Of a stretch of DNA of 21,815 nt, positions 10,924 to 20,125 are shown piece by piece. The DNA is from Ginkgo biloba (Eukaryota > Plantae > Ginkgophyta): positions 84,855,954 to 84,877,768 of the forward strand of contig JANKJI020000004.1 of NCBI GenBank assembly GCA_024626585.2, in the 5' to 3' direction. The notes below the pieces were generated by a model, which was given only the letters and a program-made list of their open reading frames with translations, was not told where the DNA came from and made no database searches. How positions within the stretch are numbered: position 1 is the first letter of the stretch; each line of letters begins with the position of its first letter. Position numbers and translations under genes: made by a program.

Positions 10924-11184
10924 NNNNNNNNNNNNNNNNNNNNNNNNNNNNNNNNNNNNNNNNNNNNNNNNNNNNNNNNNNNNNNNNNNNNNNNNNNNNN
11001 NNNNNNNNNNNNNNNNNNNNNNNGACATATTCTCATTATAAGTTCTTCGATTTAATCAAGTACTAAATTATGTGCTTAGTTATAACATATTTAGCATGAG
11101 CCTATAGTATTGCTTTAGATTTTGAGACTAATCGACCTTCTTCATTAAGTAGTAACACGCATATTTGAGATTTTATTACTTTCT

Positions 11185-11880
11185 CTAGTTTCTTCTTAAG
11201 GTTGAAGACATGAAAATATTATGGACTTTTCCTTTACTAGGGAGATTAAGTACATAAGAAAATTTTCTTAGTTTCCTTGTAATTTGGTATAGCCCATAAC
11301 GTTCAAGAGGTAATTTCTCCTTAATATCTATTTTGAGTGAGGTTTCTTTGATGGTTGTAAGTATGTACATAGACCTAATATCNNNNNNNNNNTGAAAGTT
11401 ACACTTATTCTTGTGTTGACCAATATTTTATTTCCATTCTATTACATGCCATATTAATATTATATTTTAATATATGCATGATAACTTGTTGTATTTGATG
11501 TTATAATTCTTCAACTTTCTTGTTGGTGATTATATAAATTTTGATTGATGGAGGGGGGGTATTCATATTAGACTATGAATGCTATCTTTCCTAATAATAT
11601 GTGATATGTTACATTGAACTAGATTTTTTTTTAAAGGAATCCACTTCACCCATTTGGTTGTGTAATAGATCGTAAAAAAAATGGAAGATAATCTTAGAAG
11701 AATGTATTGCCTATCTCTATTTGACCATACATTTGGGGATACTAAGATATATTCATTTTTAATGTTTTACTTGGAACGAAAATAATTCTTTCCAAAAATT
11801 GGAGGTAAAGTTTGGATGTTTGGCACTAACTAAATTTTTAAGAAATCCATGCATGCAATATATTTTCTTTTATGAAAATA
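11185..11880 (-). mobile_element. Degenerate Ty3/gypsy integrase (core end plus GPY/F region)
   Basis: Minus-strand remnants in the expected order: HGFLKNLVSAKHPNFTSNFWKELF (cf. HGxPxSIVSDRDPxFTSxFWxELF), GQIEIGN (cf. DGQTExVN), KWVKWIP, YPPPSI, and KLPLERYGLYQITRKLRKFSYVLNLPSKGKVHNIF (cf. KLxPRxYGPYxI...YxLxLP...IHxVFHVS). Confidence 0.85.
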
Positions 11881-12188
11881 CCTCTAATCTAGTAGTCTTT
11901 AAATATAAACTAAATTGGGATAAAATGAATATAGTTAGTTAATAGACCAAAAACCATGTTATGGACTTGATTATAATAATTAATTATCTATTTAAGGGTC
12001 GTGCCCTTTTAGAATAGGCACATAAGATTATATAAATATCTAACCTTATGTAACATTGTTTATCAAGCATNNNNNNNNNNNNNNNNNNNNNNNNNNNNNN
12101 NNNNNNNNNNNNNNNNNNNNNNNNNNNNNNNNNNNNNNNNNNNNNNNNNNNNNNNNNNNNNNNNNNNNNNNNNNNNNNNNNNNNNNNN

Positions 12189-12210
12189 TTCATGTCAAGT
12201 GGTATCAGAG
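12189..12210 (+). mobile_element. 5' LTR end plus tRNA-iMet primer binding site
   Basis: CA (12196-12197), a 2-nt spacer, then TGGTATCAGAG (12200-12210), the canonical plant LTR-retrotransposon PBS, followed by a pyrimidine-rich leader. Confidence 0.75.
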
Positions 12211-13498
12211 AAACAATCTTGTCGACCAATTGATTTCCATTATCCTTCTAGTTTTCTTCTTTTCATTGTTTCGTTTCTCTATCTCTGTCCTGCATTTTAT
12301 TCTTCATTTCACCTCTACTTTTCACCATTCCACCTAGTTTTTGCCCCTATATTCTTCTCTTTTAGACTTGTTTTATCGTTTGGTTTTGTGGAATGTAGTG
12401 TTCACATAGCGATGTTGCCCTACTCATAGTTGGGTTCACCACATATTGANNNNNNNNNNNNNNNNNNNNNNNNNNNNNNNNNNNNNNNNNNNNNNNNNNN
12501 NNNNNNNNNNNNNNNNNNNNNNNNNNNNNNNNNNNNNNNNNNNNNNNNNCAAATGCTCAAAACCAAACAAATTCAATGCATTTATACATTACAAAAGAGA
12601 AAGTTAGTCCCTTTCTTTTTCAGTTGAAATCTGATTCTATTTTAACCTAAAAGATAAGGTAAAGTACATACAATTATGGAGCATATATAAACATAGATAC
12701 AGTAAGTCACCTAACTAAGGGACCTTATGCATGCACCAAAACACAAGAGAGGTCATAGACTACTCCAGATATTTGTAGCAATCCAATCACAATCTTGGCA
12801 AGATTTCTAGCCCCGAGGACAAGATAAGGGTGGTGGAAAGTATGTCCTTTCTTAGAAACAAAAGTTGATGTCCTTTCAAAACTTTGTCCCTATATAAACC
12901 TTTTTGTGATGAAATTCCTAGCTAGGAACAATTTCTAAAGAGTTCTCAATTTTTAACAAATTAAAGTAAATAAATAAGCTATTTCAAATAAAAAAGCATT
13001 TAGATTTTCAACTTTTCTAAAGAACTTTAGATGCATATTTACATATATAGCTAACGTGTTGAATACAAATTTCTCCGTATGAAATAGATCAAATTGGATC
13101 AATGGTACAAAATTCAACATTGCATGATAATAATCGAGTGTTTCGATGATGACTATGCAATCACGACACCTTTTTAGGAGACCAACAATAATGTTGCAAA
13201 ATGCTGATATGGTATGGCATATAGCATGTAGTTGGGACTCCTATAGTGGGATTGTACTCTTAATGTGCCAATGCCAATCAGTACTCTTAATCTGCATACT
13301 TTCGAGAGATGATTGACAGATTTGTCCCAATAGCAAACATCAATGGGAACATAATGTACATTTATTAAGCTATTAAACATAATGAAAAAGGGGACGATCT
13401 AAAACAAACTAAATCACACAAAATCTCCTATTTCTAACCTCGTAGATTTGTCGGTGGTCATACAACAAAGGTTGTGCTGTAAGAGCCCAAGTTTTTTA

Positions 13499-13780
13499 TT
13501 ATTTCTTTCCACACGATTCGATGTCCAGATTGCCTCCCGTACCAATTAATTCTGAATATAGATCGTTTTCTTCCAATTCTTCTTGCAATATGTCCGGAAT
13601 TTTCCAGAGGGGCTGATCTGCATATTCCTTCCATTCATTCGATTTGCAGGCAGCAGTGGACTGGAAGCTTCCCAGAGAAGTCGACTGATCAAATTCACTA
13701 TCTGTGGAAAACCAGTCTTCCTGAACCATTTCCATGAACATTTGCTGCAATTCCTCAAAGCTATCCTCTGATCCTTTGCT
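13499..13780 (-). CDS. Type III J-domain (DnaJ) protein, exon 5 (terminal)
   Basis: TGCAG acceptor at 13785-13781, phase 0. Reads SKGSEDSFEELQQMFMEMVQEDWF...LDIESCGKK*. SFEELQQMF fits the At1g56300/At3g14200-like J-protein subfamily. Confidence 0.9.
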   Translation of the reverse strand, partial: SKGSEDSFEELQQMFMEMVQEDWFSTDSEFDQSTSLGSFQSTAACKSNEWKEYADQPLWKIPDILQEELEENDLYSELIGTGGNLDIESCGKK

Positions 13781-13916
13781 CTGCAACATCACATTAATGT
13801 CTCAATTTGGCTCCAAAATACAATGGAAACCCATGATTATTTGCTTTTAACTCTTCATACATTTCCGTCTTCATATGGCTAACATTTACGTGAGGAAACT
13901 GCATTTCTTTTCTTAC

Positions 13917-13973
13917 CTCGTCTCTTACATCGGCCATCAAGGATGCCATCTCATCCAGAAAATCACAAAATGC
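13917..13973 (-). CDS. DnaJ protein, exon 4
   Basis: TACAG acceptor, AFCDFLDEMASLMADVRDE, GTAAG donor; 57 nt, phase 0/0. Confidence 0.92.
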
Positions 13974-14159
13974 CTGTATAGTTCAGAAGCAACAATGTCA
14001 CCATATATATATAACATGTGGGTTGATCTCAATAATTATTGTGCATAAAAAAGTTCCTGTATAGTTATCTGTCCTCGTGACATTCATAATCTATGAATGT
14101 AAACAATAGAAATGGTTATACGGAATTTGAAGCACTACTAACAGACACCGTAGACTTAC

Positions 14160-14227
14160 GTCGTCATCTTCACAAGGCTCATACATGCCTGCATCATATA
14201 GCGCTCTTTTCGTTTCGTTAGACAAAA
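14160..14227 (-). CDS. DnaJ protein, exon 3
   Basis: TGCAG acceptor, (V)LSNETKRALYDAGMYEPCEDDD, GTAAGT donor; 68 nt, phase 1/0. Contains the J-domain helix IV KRxxYD motif. Confidence 0.94.
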
Positions 14228-14324
14228 CTGCAAAAGGCAAAAAATCACTTAGCCAAGGGATACTGACTCCATGTGATGATGGGTTGTGTATTTAAACTAC
14301 TTTTTCCGTCTTCGACCAAAATAC

Positions 14325-14412
14325 CTGAATATGCCTCTTGAATCTGCTGGAATCGCAGCTTGGCTTGCTCTGCCGAAGATCGATCCTTGGACCATTTATC
14401 AGGATGCCATTT
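14325..14412 (-). CDS. DnaJ protein, exon 2 (HPD motif)
   Basis: TGCAG acceptor, [29 protein letters not shown] plus G, GTAT donor; 88 nt, phase 0/1. Intact HPD. Confidence 0.95.
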
Positions 14413-14560
14413 CTGCAGCAGAGATTAAAAATTCATGAATACATACACTACAATGGTGCAGATGAATAAGATTAAATCAAAATAATTAATTAAACAGCCG
14501 AATAATCAAAAGCACAAAGAGGTTGATTAGACAGTAGGGTAATCTCTAGCCAAAACTCAC

Positions 14561-14572
14561 CATTGCAAGTTT
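14561..14572 (-). CDS. DnaJ protein, visible 3' end of exon 1 (remainder in gap 14573-14688)
   Basis: AAA CTT GCA ATG then a GTGAGT donor gives KLAM, which joins exon 2 as KLAMKWHPD. The 116-N gap is about the size needed for the missing J-domain N-terminus. Confidence 0.85.
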
Positions 14573-14755
14573 NNNNNNNNNNNNNNNNNNNNNNNNNNNN
14601 NNNNNNNNNNNNNNNNNNNNNNNNNNNNNNNNNNNNNNNNNNNNNNNNNNNNNNNNNNNNNNNNNNNNNNNNNNNNNNNNNNNNNNNNAAATCAGTGCAA
14701 AAATCGCCACTTAGTAATTCCTTTCAATCTGAAACGAACACAAGCCAACAGTGTC

Positions 14756-14778
14756 TATATATATATATATATATATAT
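14756..14778. repeat. (TA)11 microsatellite in the DnaJ 5' region
   Basis: Uninterrupted 23-nt TA run. Confidence 0.95.
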
Positions 14779-14917
14779 TTTTCTGAACTCTAGCTATCTC
14801 TACACAATTCCATGGGGTGTGTATTTGCAGCCAAAAGTGTAGTTTTGAACAAGGTGAGTGAAGGGGAAGGCGCCGAATGGGCCATATAATTGCAGCAAAC
14901 CTGAGAGGCCGAGAATA

Positions 14918-14925
14918 CCACGTGT
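14918..14925 (-). promoter_or_regulatory. G-box/ABRE (ACACGTGG on minus strand)
   Basis: CACGTG core at 14919-14924 with ABRE-type flanks, in a CG-retaining region upstream of DnaJ. Confidence 0.5.
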
Positions 14926-15304
14926 TGTGTGCAGACTCGACCAGAACAGCGCCTCTGCATTGATTGCTGCGGTGCTTATCCGTCCACCTGAAAATAATAA
15001 AAAAAAAATCTAGAGACTGTTCTTCATAGACAACAATATAATAAAAGTTCGAGNNNNNNNNNNNNNNNNNNNNAAGCAAAAAAAAATAACGCAACGCCTC
15101 TTTCGTAAATTGTACACACTCAAATGAATGCCAAAATTGTTTCGGTTGGAGTGAAAACCAGTTTACTTGGAAATGTCCAGACCTGCAGCGGGTACGTATT
15201 GCTGAGTGGATTTAGATATTTTGTTGAGAAGGCCAAAGCTGTGGGTTCCACCTCCACAGTCCACAGTCTAGATAATTCTGAACGAGTCAGTTGATGCCGG
15301 TCGA

Positions 15305-15312
15305 CCACGTGC
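15305..15312 (-). promoter_or_regulatory. Second G-box/ABRE (GCACGTGG on minus strand)
   Basis: CACGTG at 15306-15311 with the same CC flank as the first G-box. Confidence 0.4.
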
Positions 15313-15375
15313 TGAAGTAATAGTTGTTGGCATTGACCTGCATGCAAGGGTAAAATCTACATCAAACACCTCATA

Positions 15376-15390
15376 TATCGAGAACGTTCT
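15376..15390. promoter_or_regulatory. Near-consensus heat shock element
   Basis: tATCgaGAAcgTTCt is nTTCnnGAAnnTTCn with one mismatch, upstream of an Hsp70 co-chaperone gene. Confidence 0.4.
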
Positions 15391-15752
15391 TCTCCAAAGT
15401 CGCTTTTGTATCTTTACTATCTAAATCTGATCGCATATTAAAAAATATTTTTGATACATGTATACAAAATTAATCATATCTTTCCCTTAAAAGTGTGCGT
15501 TGTGGTATTGGCACATTGGAATGGGCATTGTTTCTATCGTTTCTCATTTCAAATTGCTTTCCTATACTCATTATTGTGAGGTCAAAGGCTTTGGAATACT
15601 AGTAATGCGTGCATTGAGCAGGCAATACAAAAACATAGCAAACATTAAGAATATAATAATATTTATTATCATTTATATATAATATTAATTTGAACTTAGA
15701 GTAAATAGACTCTTATTTGCAAATAAGGAAATACACAAAATATTTCAAAAGA

Positions 15753-16015
15753 TGATCAAACCAAGTTTTATTGATAACAAAATAATTAATTACAGAAAAA
15801 GATTGAAAGAGCAACACCACAATGTGCTTGATAACAAGAATACAATAGTTTAAGATGATTCATAAGTTCTCCAGAGNNNNNNNNNNACTGCATATTTGTC
15901 AAATGTCATTACTCTCTACATGTTCGTTGAGTGTTGTTTTACATGTCTCTCATGGGGCACTCTGCATGTCTGCTAAGTGTCACTATACTCTTAGGGAGGT
16001 GGTGGAGGTGTAACA
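15753..16015 (-). mobile_element. 3' LTR of a chromovirus (Ty3/gypsy)
   Basis: On the minus strand, PPT AGAGAGGGGGA (16028-16018) is followed by TGTTACA starting at 16015. The putative end AATAAAACTTGGTTTGATCA is at 15753 and is less certain. A 10-N gap lies inside. Confidence 0.65.
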
Positions 16016-16017
16016 TG

Positions 16018-16236
16018 TCCCCCTCTCTAAGACGCTGAGTCTTCGAAGCGAATGAGATGTGGGTGATCACGAACAAAATCTTCAGACTCCCAATTAGCCT
16101 CTTCAGGTTTACATCCGACCCATTATACCAAATGCTTTGTAATGTTAGGATATTGAAGGTGATGTTGACAGCTGAAAATGATGGAATCGAGTGGAATGGT
16201 TAAAAGTTGTTCTTCATTGAGGATTAGCAAGGTAGT
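16018..16236 (-). mobile_element. Chromovirus integrase C-terminal chromodomain plus PPT, degenerate
   Basis: Reads LLILNEEQLLTIPLDSIIFSCQHHLQYPNITKHLV*WVGCKPEEANWESEDFVRDHPHLIRFEDSAS*RGGHV, matching the chromodomain pattern YLVxWxGxxxEEATWE and running into the PPT. Confidence 0.85.
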
Positions 16237-16602
16237 NNNNNNNNNNNNNNNNNNNNNNNNNNNNNNNNNNNNNNNNNNNNNNNNNNNNNNNNNNNNNNNN
16301 NNNNNNNNNNNNNNNNNNNNNNNNNNNNNNNNNNNNAATATAAAAATTAGTAATTACTAAACAATGTAAGTATTCAATAATAATAATAACACAATAAAAA
16401 TTAGTAAAATGATTATTACATTAGTGAATTGATTATTTTTAAGAATATATAAATAAGAATTTGATTAGATCATCCTTATATTCTATCATTATTAATTACA
16501 TTAAATGTTTTCAAAGTTTGACACATGCCAATTATTTGCCATGGGTAAAGGAATATTACTTTACTAAAAAGTGTTATTGTATGACCCCAATCTAATTCAA
16601 AT

Positions 16603-17272
16603 ATCTAAGCTTAATTACATACATAATCAATAACTATTGGATAGAACCAAATAAAATCAAACTATATGCACTTCCATTGCATATATATATTATTGAGTAA
16701 TTCTACCATGAACGAAAATACTATCACCAAGCCATCAAAGTCTTGCATATTTTTATAGAGATAAAGTTATAATGTGATTATTAAAGGTTTTTTACTCTTA
16801 AGAATGTATTTGAATTTATGCAATTTTATAACTTGTGATGAAGGTAACGTATGCCTTTTATTGGGGAATACAAATTCTTACTTATTTTGTACATGCATAT
16901 TTACTAACCCTATTAAATACTTTAAGTTGTTAACTCATAATTAAATCATGCTTTAAGTAGATCAAAATATAAGGCGAACCCTAGATTTGATCATGGTATA
17001 AGTACAACTAAAATAAAGAAAAAAAAGTATAAATTCCATGAATTATGTCGTGCATCTAAGTAAAATATATCATAAGCAATAACTATAGGATATACCCAAA
17101 AGAAATTGACATCGAGAGAAAATATGTATTAATTAGTAATTCCACTATGAGAGAAAACACTACAATTGAGCCATTAAAGTCTTGCATATTACTACATAGA
17201 TGATCTTACAATGTGATTATGAAAGAGTTTTGACTCTTAAGAATGAATTTGAATGTATGCAAGTTTTGTAAC
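16603..17272. repeat. Diverged direct repeat (about 16603-16832 and 17054-17272; period about 450 bp)
   Basis: Colinear shared blocks: ATCTAAG, CATAAxCAATAACTATxGGATA, AGTAATT, AGCCATxAAAGTCTTGCATATT, AATGTGATTAT, ACTCTTAAGAATGxATTTGAATxTATGCAAxTTT. Confidence 0.88.
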
Positions 17273-19524
17273 ATATTTACCTACCCCATTAGATGCATCC
17301 CTTTGGTTTATCAAATGTTAAATAGAATACATATATTTACATGTATATTAATAGGGAACATGAAATTATAGTATTCATATATATATGATCTTATAAAGTT
17401 AACTTAGAAAATATATATTGTTTACATCAGTATTTCTTGTTGAAATTTATTCAAGTAAGACCATTAAAATTCACTCTATAGATATTGTTGACCCATGAAT
17501 GGGACCTCTTATCGTTGTTATAATGTGCCTTGTTAACAAACCCCAATGAACACATATTTGGAAGACATANNNNNNNNNNNNNNNNNNNNNNNNNNNNNNN
17601 NNNNNNNNNNNNNNNNNNNNNNNNNNNNNNNNNNNNNNNNNNNNNNNNNNNNNNNNNNNNNNNNNNNNNCACTAAGGAAAGTAGATTATATAGGTTTCCA
17701 TGCTCCATAAACATTTGTAAGAAGTCATTCTTTGATTTTAGTCGGAGAATAGTAGAGGAAAAATTGGAACTATCTTATCAGGCATGGGAGTTAGTCTACA
17801 AAATTCATATCACTCTGAGAAAAATGGCTTCTTTAACTATAACATATTCTCATCATCTAACTAAGTTAGATTCCTTTTTGGTNNNNNNNNNNNNNNNNNN
17901 NNNNNNNNNATGTGGGAAAAGGATCCGATGACCCTTGTCCAAATGCTGAAGACATCAAAGAGTATCAAATCTCTTTTATTATAAAAAGGAACATTGTACA
18001 AGAGATTTGAAAGTAGGTATTAGATTTGAAAGCTAATGTTAGAAGATTTTATCTTATTTTGAGCAATAAGATTCAATAGAGCGATTGATGGTTCCCTTAA
18101 AAGAAGGCAATCTGATATTGGAGGTGTTTTCTTAGTTGACTAATTTAAAAAAAAAAGATATTCTCAATAACTTGTAAAAGGAAGAATAAGGGATAGAGTC
18201 TGTTATATTGACATNNNNNNNNNNNNNNNNNNNNNNNNNNNNNNNAGAAAATAAATCTCCTAGTGACTTCAAATTTAGAAGAGGTTAAGCATCTTGAGAA
18301 GGAATTCTTAAGTAGTTACACCCACAACAAATATTCAACCACTACTAAGAAAGGCAAAATTCCAGAAAGATTATAATGTATTCGATAACTAATAGTTTAT
18401 AATGCAAAAGTAATTGGGAAAGTGATTGATATCAATTAACTATCCCAGCTATACCTAATCACTCCAATAGCCCAAGAAGAGAAAAAAGATAAAAAGTCGG
18501 CCGCAAGATCACATGATAGCTTTTTTGGAAAATCTTACAAGCCACAAATCTGGTGGAACCACCTCAATCTAGGTTATCATTAACCTCGATTGATGTATTG
18601 TACATATCTAAATTGAGTTATATGTAAGACACAAACCTATTCTAGATCGAGATATATTGGACTTACAAACCTAAGCTCTATCGAGGATTTTTCATGACAA
18701 AAAGGAAAAAAAATGGAAACCAACAAAAGTTTTCATGACTTCATCCATAAATTCAGAACAGTTAATTGAAGAAGATTCGCTTTACGACGAGATATACGAC
18801 TGGTGGTTTAGTAAANNNNNNNNNNNNNNNNNNNNNNNNNNNNNNNNNNNNNNNNNNNNNNNNNNNNNNNNNNNNNNNNNNNNNNNNNNNNNNNNNNNNN
18901 NNNNNNNNNNNNNNNAATTAAAATTAAAAGTTTCTCTAGTGAAAAAAGCATCCAAAATGGATTTGTAGAGCTAAAGTTTACAAATCAAGTTTCTTTGGTG
19001 GGCATAAATTCTCTTGGGTCAATGTTTGCCATTTTCTTTGTAGAATCTATTATTTTTTCTTTATTTTTGAGCTCCAAATCCATCATAAACCCAAGAAAAA
19101 CATCTTCCCCAAGTTCTATTGTGATCAAATCTCCTTTAGGTGAGATTTCCCCAAATACAGTGGCTAAAAATTATTGCAGATGTATTTGTGCATAGTTGAG
19201 TTATTTTTAAAATTCTAAAATCTACTTTGAGTCCATTCAGAGCTAATTTGAGTCATATTTTGATGAAATAAGGTGCTTAAATATTTCAAAGAGAGAGATT
19301 AACCTATATCTTAAGATATTTTTTATCTATTTTCTCATCTAATTTGATATAATGACCTTTGCAATAGCTGAGTATTGTCTATAAAGTCATACTTGCAATC
19401 TTTATTGCATAATTTGTATCTTGGTATCAATCTTTATTTCAAAGTTATGTACCTGTACTTAGGCATTATAGTTGTAACCATGTCAAGAATTTTTGGGTCA
19501 TTGTTTTTCCCAATCCTTAAAGAT

Positions 19525-19720
19525 TTATGAGGAAAAATTCCAGCTTTGAAATGACTTACCTATACCCATCCAGTGGACAAAGTGGCAAAATAGCAAGATT
19601 GTAATCGAGAGGGAGTACACAGTGCCTAAACATGAGTACCTCAAAGATGGACTTGGCTTGGAGAATTTAATATTCAATTGAATACAATAGAGTCTACTCA
19701 TCAGTCGGCTCAAGAGGGAG
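19525..19720 (+). mobile_element. Highly degenerate copia pol 3' end plus PPT
   Basis: HEYLKDGLGLEN resembles the copia RNase H tail (FEYLRDKLGV). It is followed by PPT AAGAGGGAG (19712-19720) directly abutting TG. Confidence 0.55.
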
Positions 19721-20125
19721 TGTTATAAGTAGTGTGATTCTCATGCTTCCTAGAGCCTCCTACTAGCTTCAAAGTGCTATTGCTCTAATAGTCTTTATTA
19801 AAATTTGAATTTTTTTTTTAGAATTATTGTAATCTCTAAGTGACTTAATTCTATGAAAGTCACTATGGTTGCATGCATGCATGAGTTCTAATTTGAACTT
19901 AGCTTTTAGCTTTTGCTTTAGTTTTGTACATGTTGTACACGTGGCAACTCTTTATATTGTTGTAATCTTATTCATTAGATATGCCTAGATTCTGAATGAG
20001 AGGTTAATATAATTTTCTTCAAGGACAATCTTCTTCCATAGTGAGCTTGCTTGTGAATTTTAGAGTTGTAGAGATAGATCAAATATACTTCCTTGTTTTC
20101 TTTGAAAGCCTAAGGAAGTTCAACA
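19721..20125 (+). mobile_element. Probable copia 3' LTR
   Basis: Starts TGTTA immediately after the PPT and has a plausible end TTCAACA at 20125. Confidence 0.55.

Noticed and set aside
13546-13771. Alternative-frame and antisense ORFs over DnaJ exon 5
   Set aside because: Shadows of the real exon.
5911-14690. Functional cluster of dihydroorotase, K+ channel and DnaJ as a novel system
   Set aside because: The functions are unrelated, one gene is a pseudogene, and unknown-size 100-N joins separate all three.
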